Assembly (NCBI RefSeq): GCF_001194135.2
Contig: NC_068988.1
Span: 27,533,317-27,597,316 of the forward strand
Direction of reading: 5' to 3'
Origin: Octopus bimaculoides
Taxonomy: Eukaryota
Length of the DNA: 64,000 nt
Below the pieces are notes generated by a model. That model was not told where the DNA came from. It ran no database searches and was given only the letters and a program-made list of their open reading frames with translations. Shown piece after piece: positions 37,374-49,750 of the stretch. A program made the position numbers and the translations under genes. Within the stretch, counting starts at the first letter, position 1. Every line of letters begins with the position of its first letter.

Positions 37374-37732
37374 GATGATGATATATGGCTAAAATGGAAT
37401 TGCAGTCATTAATTTTGGGAATAACTATAGCTGACCAGAATCTTAATTTGATAAAGGGTTATTTATTCATTCTGGCATTTTTATGTCCCTTGATCAAATC
37501 CTACTGAAACCAAGTTTGCTTTTCATCCATCCAGGGTTGATAGAATAGAACACCAGTCAATTACTGGGATCAATGTTATTTACTGTTCTCCTTCTAATCC
37601 TCTGAATTTCTGGCCTTGTCTGGTTGTGGTGAAATATTACCTTGCTTGGAAACAGGTGAAGGTTAGCTACAGAAAGGGCATCCAGCTTTAGAAAATCAGC
37701 CTCAACAAATTCTGTCTGACCCATGCAAGTTT

Positions 37733-37822
37733 GGAAGATTTTAATTCAAAACTTATGAAAACAAGACATTTGTACTACAGAGCCAGAGGCGGTTTCAGTC
37801 GGGTTGGTATCGAAAGGGTTAA
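37733..37822. mobile_element. Partial piggyBac-type MITE end
   Basis: Ends CGGTTTCAGTCGGGTTGGTATCGAAAGGG|TTAA; the same end occurs at ~17970-18003. Confidence 0.6.
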
Positions 37823-37934
37823 TCCTTTCAAAGGGTTAGTACTTTCAAGCATGTGTCAGTTAGCAACATCCAAAGTTTTTTTCTACAGTAAAATTGTTTG
37901 AGAATAACTGGAATAACTGCAATTTTTAAATTTT

Positions 37935-38127
37935 TGTTACTTATTTCAGTCATTGGACTGCAGCCTTTTTTGGGTACCACCTCAAAGGGTTTAGTTGAAC
38001 AAATTGACCCCAGTACTTGTTATATTTTTTTAAGATTGGTGCTCACTCTACTGGCTGCTTTTGTCAAATCACTAAGTTATGGGAGATGTAAACAATCCAA
38101 CACTGATTGTCATTTGGTGCCAGAGGA

Positions 38128-38165
<38 letters not shown>

Positions 38166-38350
38166 CACTTATATATATACACATTACAGGCTTCCATACA
38201 GTTTCCATCTACCAAATTCAATTACAAGACATTGCTTGGCTGAGGACAATAGTAAAAGATACTTTTGCAAAGTGCTGTTCAATGGGACTGAACCCAAAAC
38301 CACACGGTTGCAAAATGGGTTTCTTAACCATACAGCCTTGCCTGTGTCTT
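37935..38350 (-). mobile_element. SINE A, diverged
   Basis: Family match. Confidence 0.8.
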
Positions 38351-39050
38351 TATGTCTTATTACCTTGTATCTCTCGCTTCATTATCAAAAGTATTTGCTG
38401 TTAAAATATTTATATATATGGTCATTATATATGCTGCCAGCAACTCTGAAAATGAAAGAATTATAAGGTGATCTAGTGGAAGTCAGTGCCTACAGAACCA
38501 ATGTCCATGGCTAATATAATGCGATTATGGATTTGATAATACTAATCCTTGGCTTTCCCTTCGGTATATAAACTCATGACATATTGCGAAGATTTCCTTA
38601 ATTGCAAATCTGCCTCGAGCCATAAAATGTTTTGCATAGTTAAATCAATAAGCAGGACATTAAATTCTGTATTTTACACTGCTTCATTACAATCTCCAGA
38701 GATCTTTGACATTTTTTTTTTTACTTCCTTTCCAAAGTTCTTAACTAAGAATTGATGTTTAAAATATCCGTCTATCCAAGTCCTCTAAAATTTAGTGTAT
38801 TTTGAAATGCTTAATGTGTTTATTATGTTTTGTATTTATCTTTCCATGCCAACAGGCTTCTGTTGTGAAACCACCTTATGTAAATATTTAAGTGAATTGT
38901 TGAAGAATATAACTTACAGCTTTCTAAAATTTTAGCTATTGATTGCTTAAATAAGGTTTATATTCAGCTGATGCTTGTAAATAACTAGTCAAGCTTTCAG
39001 TTGTTGGCTATCATTTGTTCCGTCTCACACTTTCATTGTAAGTGTATGGT

Positions 39051-39365
39051 GAAGGTGCATAGCTGAGTGGTTAGGTTATTTGGCTCATGATTGTAAGATC
39101 GTGAGTTCGATACCTGACAGTGCATTGTGTCTCTTGAGCAAGACACTTTATTTCACATTACTCCAGTCCACTCAGCTGGTAAAAACGAGTTGTAACTTTA
39201 TTTCAAAGGGCCGGCTTTGTTACATTTTGTGTCAGACTTAATTTCTCTGAGAACTACTTTAAGAGTACGTGTGTTTGTGGGGTACTCAGCAACTTGCGCA
39301 TTAATTTCACAAACAGGATGTTCCAATGACTGGAACCTTCGTCATCATAACCAACAGAGTGCCAG
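39051..39365 (+). mobile_element. Full tRNA-derived SINE C
   Basis: A-box-like TAGCTGAGTGG, B-box-like GAGTTCGATACC, TTGAGCAAGACACTT core and CAACAGAGTGCCA end. Confidence 0.9.
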
Positions 39366-39844
39366 TTGTAAGTGTATATAGTTTGTCATACTGGGATTGT
39401 GTATACACGCAAGATTGGGCTTGTATGAATTATACTGTCGTCATGGCTGATGTTATTTCTAAATCTTGTTGTTTTACCCTAAATCAGCCTTGACTGGGTA
39501 TACATACAACCAAATGTACGCCAGTTGTGACCATCCTGTCTTTTTTTCTAGCAGATCTTCCCTCGAACAACACTATCTAATGTGTCCCATTTTAAGATGG
39601 AATGATGTGTATGATGATGAGTTGGTTGCTATTTCTAGCAAATTGAGCAACTATACAGAGGTTTTGTTTTTTCTTTCAGTGCAGAATCAGATTAGTGAAG
39701 TTGAAATGAATGATGATGTGTATGTATATTTAGAACTTAGGGTTGGATTATGAATTAATCTATAGCCAAAAAATTAGTGTTTGATAATTACTTTGACCCA
39801 TTTAAATTGATTTGCAATCTTTATAAAAAATTAGTGTGCACAGG

Positions 39845-40280
39845 TATGGGTGTGTGGCTATAAAGCTCACTTTGCTACCACTTGGTTTCAGGTTCAGTCC
39901 CACTGTGAAGCATTCAGGCTCAGTCCTACAGTGCAGCACCTTATGCAAGGGTCTTCTACTATAACCCCAGGTCAACAAATACCTTGTGAGTGGATTCGGT
40001 GGACAGAATCTGTGTGGAAACCTGTCCTTTGTGCAGATGTTTGTGTGTGTTTTTCTTTGTGTCTGTGTTTCTCACCTCGCCACCTCCTGCTTGAGAACTG
40101 GTGTTGGTTTGTTTATGCCCTTTTAACTGACGAGTTCATCAAAAGTGATCAAGAGAATAAGTATCAGACTTAAAATAAAAAACACAAGAACATAAGTACT
40201 GGGGTTGATTTGTTTGACTAAAACCTTTCTAGGTGGTGCCCCAGCATGGCCATAATCCATTGACTAAAACAAATAATAAA
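39845..40280 (+). mobile_element. SINE A, diverged
   Basis: Family match. Confidence 0.8.
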
Positions 40281-40543
40281 AAGCAGATGTCTAAATAATT
40301 GCCCCCTCGACAAAAAAGAAATAGGCATTAGTTCACACGGGAATTGAACCCAGACCTCTTATTTTCATAATAGGTGTGCTGACTGATTACTCCAACTTAT
40401 CCACCTCTCTTTTCTCCATTAAATCTAGGAACTATGATTTCATAGCGGTAAATATGTATATGTGTGAATTCTGCATAAATTACAAAATGGTGGCAATAGA
40501 AATTCTGTAAATAAAATTATAAGCTCTCACTATATATTGACTA

Positions 40544-40670
40544 CAGGGTGTTCACAAAGTCTGGGTACATGGAGTAAATAAAATCATGACATAAACAATT
40601 AAATATAAGAAATAATAATTTCTTAAAGTATGTGTTAATCCTCATGTACCCAGACTTTGTGGACACCCTG
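40544..40670. mobile_element. Tc1/mariner-type MITE, 127 bp
   Basis: TA|CAGGGTGTTCACAAAGTCTGGGTACATG ... CATGTACCCAGACTTTGTGGACACCCTG|TA; 28-bp TIRs with one mismatch and TA TSD. Confidence 0.95.
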
Positions 40671-40734
40671 TATAGAAAGTTGTCTCATACTTGGGCATAT
40701 GAGCCCCTGTTTACAATTGAATATCTGTTGCTTT

Positions 40735-40960
40735 CATCATCATCATCATTTAATGTCTGCTCTTCCATGCTTGCATGGGTCAAACAATTTGCTAAGGTAG
40801 ATTTTCTATGGCTGGATGCTCTTCTTCCTCTCACCAACCCTTACATATTTCAAAACAAAGTAATATTTTCCAATGGTCAGACATGTTTTTCATGGAAGAC
40901 TGGATATGAACTACACTGCTTGTATGACAGTAGTACTCATTTACAACCATCATGGGATGT
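40735..40960 (-). mobile_element. Family G repeat
   Basis: Family match. Confidence 0.8.
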
Positions 40961-41199
40961 CTAAACGAGGACTCATAGAAACTCTCTCTCTCGCGTGCGC
41001 ACACACACACATACACATATGTTGCTTAATGTTGAACAGATGAGAAGGGAGTGTCCAATACATGTTGCACATTTTATTAAAACTGAAACTGAGAGTTTGT
41101 CTTGTGACTTGGGTTTCATCCCACTTTGATCATCAGGCAATCGCAGTGGTATGAAACTTGAATCCTGTGACAAGTTTCAGTTTTAATAGAATACTATAC

Positions 41200-41835
41200 A
41201 TGTGTGTGTGTCTGTGTTTGTACCCCTCATCCACCACTTGAAAACAGTGTTGTTTTTTTTTATGTCCCTGTAACTTAGCAGTTTGGCAAAAGAAACTAAT
41301 AGAATAAGTATGAGGCCTTAAAAAAAAAATAAGCAGTGGGGTCGATTCATTTGACTAAAAGTTCATCAAGGCAGTGCCCCAGCATGGCCGCAGTCTAATG
41401 ATTGAAACAGATAAAAGATAAGCAATAAAAGATATATATATGTATATTCTTTTATTCTTTTACTCGTTTCAGTCATTTGACTCTGGCCATGTTGGAGCAC
41501 TGCTTTTAGTCAAACAAATTGATCCCCGGGACTATTTTTTGTAAGCCTAGTACTTATTTTATCAACCTCTTTAGCTGAACTGCTAAATTACGGGTACGTA
41601 AACACACCAACATCGGTTGTCAAGCGATGGTGGGAGGACAAACACAGACACAAATACACACACACACACACACACACATGCACAACGAGCTTCTTTCAGT
41701 TTCTGTCTACCAAATCCACTCACAAGACTTTGGTTGGCCTGAGGCTATAGTAGAAGACACTTACCCAAGGTGCCACACAATGGGACTGAACCTGGAACCA
41801 TGTGGTTCTCTTACCACACAGCCACTCCTGCGCCT
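41200..41835. mobile_element. Tail-to-tail SINE A pair (41200-41430 +, 41445-41835 -)
   Basis: Family matches on opposite strands. Confidence 0.85.
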
Positions 41836-41894
41836 TTCGTTTTGGGATCACTACTACTTTGTTATCTCCCCTTCTTGTTAACTCTCCTGTGTGA

Positions 41895-42022
41895 CCCTTC
41901 TGTCCGGCATTTGCCATGATAGATTGCTAACCACTACGCACATTTTTTTCTCTCCTTGTTTCTTTCTGTGTTCCTTTCTCTGGAAGAGCGTAGGCTCGAA
42001 ACGTTAAAGACTTTTTCAATTC
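41895..42022 (+). mobile_element. Repeat with minimal hammerhead-like fold (41974-42009), core mutated
   Basis: CTTT-CTCTGGA-A-GAGC(GTAG)GCTC-GAAACGTT-AAAG. Stems I and II pair and stem III is the palindrome AACGTT, but the core reads CTCTGGA instead of CTGAnGA. Confidence 0.45.
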
Positions 42023-42033
42023 TATCTATCTAT

Positions 42034-42065
<32 letters not shown>

Positions 42066-43308
42066 ATATGTATAAACTGCCCATGCTGCTATTGCCAATG
42101 GCTATAGCAGAAGATACTTGTCCAAGATCCAAAACCTGATAAACCATTGTGAAGCAAGCTTCTCAATCCTACAGCCTCACCTGTGCTTATAATATTTATT
42201 TCAAAACAATACACTGGCTGTTTCACAGGGCTCATACACTGCTTAAATGTTTATGAAGAGAGTGTATGTGTGTGTGTAATAGGTGTACATCCAAAAGCTA
42301 TATACTTAATTACTATATAACTTACTTGTGCTTTGTAAAAGTTTTAGCAGCTGTTGAAGGCTAAAACATAAGCTTTTGTAAAGCTGACATATCCTGTAGC
42401 TCTGCAGAGGAGACCTACATATTGCATTCAGTCTTGGCTCTGTGCAGAGTAGCAATAATATAATTATATAGGAAAAATTTGAAGAATATTGTCGACTTGA
42501 ATTTAATGGTAACTAGATAGCATTCGATTGAGTAAGAGTTACCACATGGAGTCAGACCAAAGAAGATATCAGTTTAAGTAGTCGATACAGGCTTAGTGGC
42601 TTGCCTAAGAAGCTTGTGGCAGATAATATTTGTTTCATTAATTTATTATTATTTTTTTTTTTTAATCTTAATGGAATAGAGAGAGCTATTAGACTTGAAT
42701 CATCAGATTTCTGCCATTCTGCCAGCGTAGAAAAAAAAAACAAAACAAAACAAAGACCAAAAAAAAAAAAAGCACAGCATTGATGAGTGATATAAAACTG
42801 CTTTAGGGACAGGAACATACATTTAGCTGTATGCATATTAGTTATGAAAAATAAAATACAAATATTCTTCTATATAACAGATTATTTTAAACTTGAAAAT
42901 AAAAAATGATACTAAAAATGGCAGAGAAAAAAATATTTTCAGAGTTTTTAAAGTCTAAAAGATATTTGGCTTTGGAGATAAGTTGAATGTTTAGTTATGT
43001 CAATAATGGTTTGTAGCTGAGTGCCACTGGCCTAATTCGTTAGTAACAGACCTGCAGCTGTATTTCATATGCTGGTTGTGGAGAGGTTTGCTAAAAGCCT
43101 GCCTGCTGTTTAAGTAATGATAGCATTGGTTATTTGACTAGTTAGCTTATATTCCTATACACACACACACACATATATGCAAGAGTCTGTGTGTGTGTGT
43201 GTGTGAGTGTATATATATATATATATATATACCCACACGTGTGTGTGTGTGTGTGTGCACGCATATGTATGTATATGTTTATGTGTGTATTAGCACGCTT
43301 GTATGAAG

Positions 43309-43353
<45 letters not shown>

Positions 43354-43724
43354 TTCACACAAGTGTTTTAATTTCTGCAAGTCTACTTTCTAAATCTATT
43401 TCCTTCCAGCCCTAATGATTATGTAAATATCCAATATCTTTGATTAAAAAAGCAAAAGTAATTGTTAATCTTTATTTCCAGTACGTAACCATTTCTAAAC
43501 CAGACAGTATAAAATTGATACTTCCATTTTTATAAATAAAGAAAAATAAAATAAAATAAAAACATCCATCTATATTTAATAAACTGTAAAATGTGTACAG
43601 TACACTCCTGCTTGCACATACATGCACCCATGCATGCGCTGTGGTTTGAATTGAATGTCAGTATGTTTAAAGTTTGTGTTGGATGTTTGTATTTTGTTTA
43701 TACTACGTAATACATTGTAGCCAT

Positions 43725-44030
43725 CATGGCAAAGGCCACACTGGAGCACCTTACATTACTTTGTGTTCTGATTTTATATATATGAATGTATGTATATTTG
43801 CATCTGCATCCCTCCCACCTCACCCACCCAACTAGTGTTGGTTTGTTTATGTCTCCATAGCGAAGCAACTCAGCCAAAGAGGCCAATAGAATAAGTACCA
43901 GACTAAAATGAAAAAAAAATAATAACAATAACAATGAATCTAAGTATTGGGATTGATTTGTTTGGCTAAACCCTTTAAGGTAGTGCCACAGCATGGCCAC
44001 AGTCCAATGACCAAACCAAGTAAAAGAAAA
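43725..44030. mobile_element. SINE A fragments (- then +)
   Basis: Family matches. Confidence 0.7.
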
Positions 44031-44719
44031 TATTTGTACAGCCGTTATTCTACCACCTTGCTATCCTGCCACGTATGTGTCTATACAGGATGAATATTTT
44101 GCTTTCCTTAAGTCCTGCTTATCTCTATAATATATACCAGAGTACACGTGTGCACCCATGCTAATTCTTTCTTTATCTATGTGAGTGTGTTAACCATAGT
44201 AAGGCTGCTCTATTGAATGCGTGTGTAACGGGTCTACTACTTCTCATCTGTAAAATTCTTCAGAAGTATTGGAAAAGGAAGAGAGATGTGAATATTCAGC
44301 ACAGCAGTCTCAGCCAAACACAACATTAGCTTCAACTCAACAACCACCACCACCACCACCACCACCACCACCACCACCATCTCACCGCCATAAATCTTAC
44401 CCCCCCCCCTCGTTTGGGGCAACTTAAGGGCAGTATTGTGTTTTGGGTTGTTGTTGTTGTAGAGGAAGCTAACTGCTGGTAGCTTGCTTTTCACTCTTGT
44501 TGGAGATGGCAGTTGTGACTGGATTTCCTATTCCACCCTCCCTTTTTTTGTGTGTCGGGGGATGGGGAGCAGGGTGGGTCACCTTATTTCCGAGGCTGTT
44601 CAGGCTTGCACAAAACATTGCTTATTCATTCAAACAACAACACAACATGAAACAACTTTCTCTCTTGGATCAGTATGAAAATTTCAGGATTTGTGCCTTC
44701 TCATTGTTATAATTATTTA

Positions 44720-45520
44720 GGCAGCAAGCTGGCGGAGTCGTTAACAAATTGGACAAAATGCCTAACATCATTTCTTCTGGCTCTTTACGTTTTGAGTTCA
44801 AATTCCACTGAGGTCAACTTTGCCTTCCATTCTTACAGGGTTCATGTAATTGACTAACCTCCTCCCTCAAAGTCCCTTGTGCTTGGAGTAGAAAAGATTC
44901 TTATTATCATGATCATCATGATCATCATCATTATTTGTAGCAAGGCTGTGAGCTGGCAGAATCATTAGCACATCAGGCTTAGTGGCATTTTGTCAATCTT
45001 TACATTCTGAGTTCAAATTCCATCAAGGTCGACGTTGCCTTTCATCCTTTCATGGTTGATAATTTAAGTACCAGTAAAACACTAGGGTTGATGTAATCGA
45101 CTAGTCCCCTCCCCCAAGATTTCAAGCTTAGTGGCATTTCATCCTTAGTGCAATCTGAACTCTGAACAGAGAATGTTTAGAGTTCAGATTCCACTATGGT
45201 CAACTTTTCTTTTCATCTTTTTGGGGGGTTGAAATAAGTACCAGTTGTACACTGGGGTCGATCTAATCGACTAGCCACCCACCTCCTAAAAAGATTTCAG
45301 GCCTTATGGCTATACTAGAAAGGTTTGTTATTATCATTCATAATATGGTGGTGAGCTGGCAGAGTCGTTGGCATGCTAGATGAGATGCTTAGCGGTATTT
45401 CACCCGTCGCTATGTTCTGAGTTCAAATTCTGCCAAGGTCGACTTTGCCTTTCATTCAATGACTAGTCCCCTTCTCCAAAACTTCAGGCCTTGTGCCTAT
45501 AACAAAAAGGATTATTACTC
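44720..45520 (+). mobile_element. Four head-to-tail SINE B copies
   Basis: GAGTTCARATTC core occurs four times (~44794, ~45009, ~45180, ~45420). Confidence 0.9.
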
Positions 45521-45645
45521 ATAATAACAGTAGTTGATTGATTGATTAAGTGTAGTGCTTCTCTTGACTCTTTAAAATTTGTATCATACATACATAAACT
45601 CACCCATCTGTCATTCTTCTGAGCATGTATTTGTTGAGTGTGTAT

Positions 45646-45704
<59 letters not shown>

Positions 45705-45924
45705 AACATACTTAATGCATGTCTGTAGTTGAAACACCAGAAGCTGCAATTTTGTTTTGCACAGTTCTGAAATATAGTTTTTTTTCTAGCACAATATATC
45801 TATAAAGGTATTTTTCCCAGACAAAAATCATAGTTTTTGACATTTTGACTACAAACATATATATTAACTGTTATATTGATAGAGTTTTTGCTATAGAGCT
45901 GCTTCCATAGCATAATTCATATAT

Positions 45925-46195
45925 ATCATCATCATCATCATCATCATCATTTAACATCTGCTTTCCATGCTGGCATGGATTGGACGGTTTGACTGAAAAC
46001 TGGCAAGCCAGAAGGCTGCACCAGGCTCCAATCTGATCTGGCAATATTTCTACAGCTGGATGCCCTTCCTAACACCAACCACTCCAAGAGTGTAGTGGGT
46101 GCTTTTTACATGCCACCAGCACAGGAGCTTGTCAGGGGGCACTGGCATTGACCACATTCGGATAGTGCATTTTACCTGCCACTCAGGGGGCACTA
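45925..46195 (-). mobile_element. Family F repeat
   Basis: Reverse-complement match to 47060-47244. Confidence 0.85.
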
Positions 46196-46256
46196 TATAT
46201 ATATATATATATATCTCACAGTATCTACTAGACCAGATGTTTTTATATATACATTG

Positions 46257-47244
46257 GCAGATGTTCAGGTGCAATAAACACTGTAAACAAACAGGAAACA
46301 ACTTCTATCTCATTCCAGGGAGAAAAACTAGAGGTAGTTGATAGCTTCCACTATCTGGGTAACCAAGTTAGTAGTGGGGGTGGGTGCGCTGAAAGTGTNN
46401 NNNNNNNNNNNNNNNNNNNNNNNNNNNNNNNNNNNNNNNNNNNNNNNNNNNNNNNNNNNNNNNNNNNNNNNNNNNNNNNNNNNNNNNNNNNNNNNNNNNN
46501 NNNNNNNNNNNNNNNNNNNNNNNNNNNNNNNNNNNNNNNNNNNNNNNNNNNNNNNNNNNNNNNNNNNNNNNNNNNNNNNNNNNNNNNNNNNNNNNNNNNN
46601 NNNNNNNNNNNNNNNNNNNNNNNNNNNNNNNNNNNNNNNNNNNNNNNNNNNNNNNNNNNNNNNNNNNNNNNNNNNNNNNNNNNNNNNNNNNNNNNNNNNN
46701 NNNNNNNNNNNNNNNNNNNNNNNNNNNNNNNNNNNNNNNNNNNNNNNNNNNNNNNNNNNNNNNNNNNNNNNNNNNNNNNNNNNNNNNNNNNNNNNNNNNN
46801 NNNNNNNNNNNNNNNNNNNNNNNNNNNNNNNNNNNNNNNNNNNNNNNNNNNNNNNNNNNNNNNNNNNNNNNNNNNNNNNNNNNNNNNNNNNNNNNNNNNN
46901 NNNNNNNNNNNNNNNNNNNNNNNNNNNNNNNNNNNNNNNNNCCTGACTGGCCTTGTAGGGTTTTCGAGCGAGATCATTGCCAGTGCCCCTGGACTGGCTC
47001 TTGTGCGGGTGGCACATAAAAGACACCATTTCGAGCGTGGCCGTTTTCGTGCGGGTGACACGTAAAAGCACCCACTACACTCTCTGAGTGGTTGGCGTTA
47101 GGAAGGGCATCCAGCTGTAGAAACTCTGCCAAATTAGATTGGAGCCTGGTGTAGCCATCCGGTTGCACCAGTCCTCAGTCAAATTGTCCAACCCATGCTA
47201 GCATGGAAAGCAGACGTTAAACGATGATGATGATGATGATGATG
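46257..47244 (+). mobile_element. 5'-truncated RTE LINE (RT C-terminus, gap, 3' UTR, (GAT)n tail)
   Basis: GEKLEVVDSFHYLGNQVSSGGGCAESV before the gap and an F-type tail after it. Candidate TSD ACATTG at 46251-46256 and 47245-47250. Confidence 0.85.
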
Positions 47245-47249
47245 ACATT

Positions 47250-47523
47250 GCTGGTCACAATGCACTTTCAATTTTGTCTTGACTGTGCCATTCTTTCCAT
47301 CTTGACACAATTTGCTTGACTAAATCATCTCCCCGTTGTCATGGATGCCTTCTGAGTGGCCTTTTCCCATCTCTTGGATACCATTCAGCTACTGCACAAG
47401 TCCACCTGTTTTCTGTGAACCTTGCAACATGTCCAGCCCACCAGAACTTGTGCTTTTGGTATTCTGCAGTCACATTGTTCACTCCACTCTGTTCTCAAAT
47501 TATCTCATTTTGAATGCACTCTC
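47250..47523 (-). mobile_element. 3' end of a second RTE LINE family
   Basis: KFWWAGHVARFTENRWTCAVAEWYPRDGKRP matches the recalled RTE C-terminal pattern KW.WAGHVAR..DNRW...EW.PR.GKR. Confidence 0.85.
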
Positions 47524-47747
47524 TTGACCCTTTAGTATTCAAATTACTCTGTCAAATGTAGAACTTATTTTCATTGTTTTAAATTTATCATGCTTTATGT
47601 TGTAGTTTAGAGATTTCATTAATGAGATGGTTTGGTTTCAGAATGACATTGTAGGGTTGGTATGAGAGGTTGCATCTGGCCAGTTTCTGCATAAAATGGG
47701 TTAAACATCTTAGCCAGATATGGCCAGTTTGAATGCAAAAGGGTTAA
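47524..47747. mobile_element. piggyBac-type MITE family D, adjoining an RTE relic
   Basis: TTGA|CCCTTTAG ... CAAAAGGG|TTAA with internal homology to the other D copies. Confidence 0.85.
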
Positions 47748-47923
47748 CGATATTCATAGTATGGATTTTTGGTGCAGTCCTCTGACTTGCCTGCTCCTGT
47801 CAGACCTTCCAACCCATGCCAGCATGGAAGATGAATGTTAAATGATGATGATGAGTGAGTGAATAGACAAATGGAAAAAAAAGTGGCACCCAACACATTT
47901 CATTGAAATTACATATTTTATTT

Positions 47924-48057
47924 AATAACGGTTTGACTTGGCTCCATGTAACTTAAAGTTTGACTGACTCATCGAATGAACCTATCTTGTCAAGCATGTA
48001 GAAACACTAACGAGATAGGAACCTTTAAGTTGTGTGGAGCCAAATCAAGCTGTTGTA
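47924..48057. mobile_element. Small MITE, ~32-bp TIRs plus an internal inverted repeat
   Basis: AACGGTTTGACTTGGCTCCATGTAACTTAAAG pairs with CTTTAAGTTGTGTGGAGCCAAATCAAGCTGTT. Inner CCTATCTTGT pairs with ACGAGATAGG. Confidence 0.7.
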
Positions 48058-48459
48058 CATGTATATGTATATATATTATCTGAATATTTCCAGCCACGAC
48101 TGAGACTACTGGTTTCTATGACATACAAATATACATGTAATTTTTTTATAGATGTGTTAGTTGTATATAGCTATGTGTTTCTGTATGTACTAAATGACAA
48201 TGTTTAAAACTGTGACAGAAGAGGAGAAAAAGATAAAGTATGATAAAGCTTTAATTATGGAATAATATCTCTATATTCTCAGGTGACTCTCTCTCATATG
48301 TACACACACAATTAAGTTCCAGGAATATGTAAAAATGTATGTGTGTATATGTGTATGTATGTATGTATGTATATTTGCATGCTTCATCAAAAAAACTTGT
48401 GTTAAAAAGGAGGAGGAAAGATAATCAATATAAATTGTGGAGTTATGTTTATTGGAAAC

Positions 48460-49084
48460 TGATTAGGAATGGTGTGAGAAAAAAATACATTCCCACCATA
48501 TGGATAACATGCCACCCACAAATGCTTTATACCCGATTGAAAGTTCACTTAAATTCTGTAATAGCAGATACTTTGAATTTCTTATTTCCAGAATACAAAA
48601 AACTCAGTGCAAAAAACTGGAAAATATTTTACTTTCAAATATAACGGGTCATGGTGCTTAAGAAGTTCACTTTGCAACTGCATACTTTCGGGTTCAGTGA
48701 CTCTACGCTGCACCTTGAGCGAGTGTCTTCTGCTATAGCTGGGCTGATCAATATTATGTGACTGGGTTTGAAAGACAGAAAATGTATGGAAACCTGTATT
48801 TGTGTTTGTTTCCCATCCCACATGTATAAACCACTTGACAACTGGTGTTGGTTTGTTTGAATCCCTGTAATTTAGTGATTTGACAACGGAGGCCAATATA
48901 ATAAGTTGCAGGCTTAATAAATAAGTCCTGGGGGTGATTTGTTTGACTAAATCCCTCAAGGTGATGCACTTGCATAGCCTCAGTCCAATGATTGAAACAA
49001 GCAAAGGAAAAAATGCTAAAATATTCAGTTTGCTCAATCCCTTTGTTCTACTAATAATTATAGTGTGTAAGTGTGTGTTCATGT

Positions 49085-49121
<37 letters not shown>

Positions 49122-49372
49122 TATGTGTTCACATGTGCATACATGTGTGTGGGTGCATGTGCGCATGTGTGTATGCATGCATGCACATGTATGAATGTGT
49201 GTGTGTCTGTCGGTAGTTTTTTTTAGAATTTCCTGATATTTTTTAGTGAAAATGTACCAAGTGTCTACCATTACAGAATTTAAGTGAACTTTCAATCAGG
49301 TATTAAACATCTGCGGGTGGCATGTCACCCATATGGTGGGAATGTATTTTTTTCTCACACCAGTCCTAATCA
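48460..49372. mobile_element. Foldback element with ~112-bp arms enclosing a SINE A copy
   Basis: 48460-48571 is reverse-complementary to 49261-49372 at roughly 85-90% identity by eye. Confidence 0.85.
48640..49020 (+). mobile_element. SINE A inside the 48460-49372 foldback
   Basis: Family match. Confidence 0.8.
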
Positions 49373-49713
49373 ATGTTTGACCACTTATCTAATACAGACA
49401 GTTTGTATAAATTGTGTTGGTTTGTATAAACTGTTTAGTCTCTCCGTTTATATATAACGCCTTCAGTGTCAAAAATTAGTTGAGAGTCCTGTGTCTATAT
49501 TGTTCTTTCTTACAGAAAAATTCTGTTCCATTATCTATGGTTTGAAGTGTAGATATTTTCTCTGAACGGACGAGGGTAAAATGATTACTGCCGCAGGGTG
49601 ATATTTTTGTGCTCATATTGTTTGTTACATCATATTCATTTGAATGATGAAACTCTCCTGCTTAAATCCAGTGTCCGTTTTCACAGTTGTTGTCATCCAC
49701 AAGTTTTCTGCAG

Positions 49714-49750
49714 GCTAACTGAGAGACGAGAGAAAGAAAGAGAGAAGTAG
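49714..49750 (+). other. Candidate non-coding (UTR-type) exon; alternative acceptor would start it at 49516
   Basis: TTTTCTGCAG acceptor (or TTCTTTCTTACAG ending at 49515) and TAG|GTAAGC donor. The long version has stops in all frames. Confidence 0.25.

Noticed and set aside
44264-44480. Poly-Pro frame (QQPPPPPPPPPPPSHRH) reminiscent of RNF38/44
   Set aside because: Derived from a (CCA)n microsatellite. A phase-2 join from the real exon hits a stop after 9 codons.
7908-47071. Long ORFs in the track that span N runs (e.g. 10135-10755, 34664-35320, 36749-37270, 46328-47071)
   Set aside because: They are open only because N codons contain no stops.
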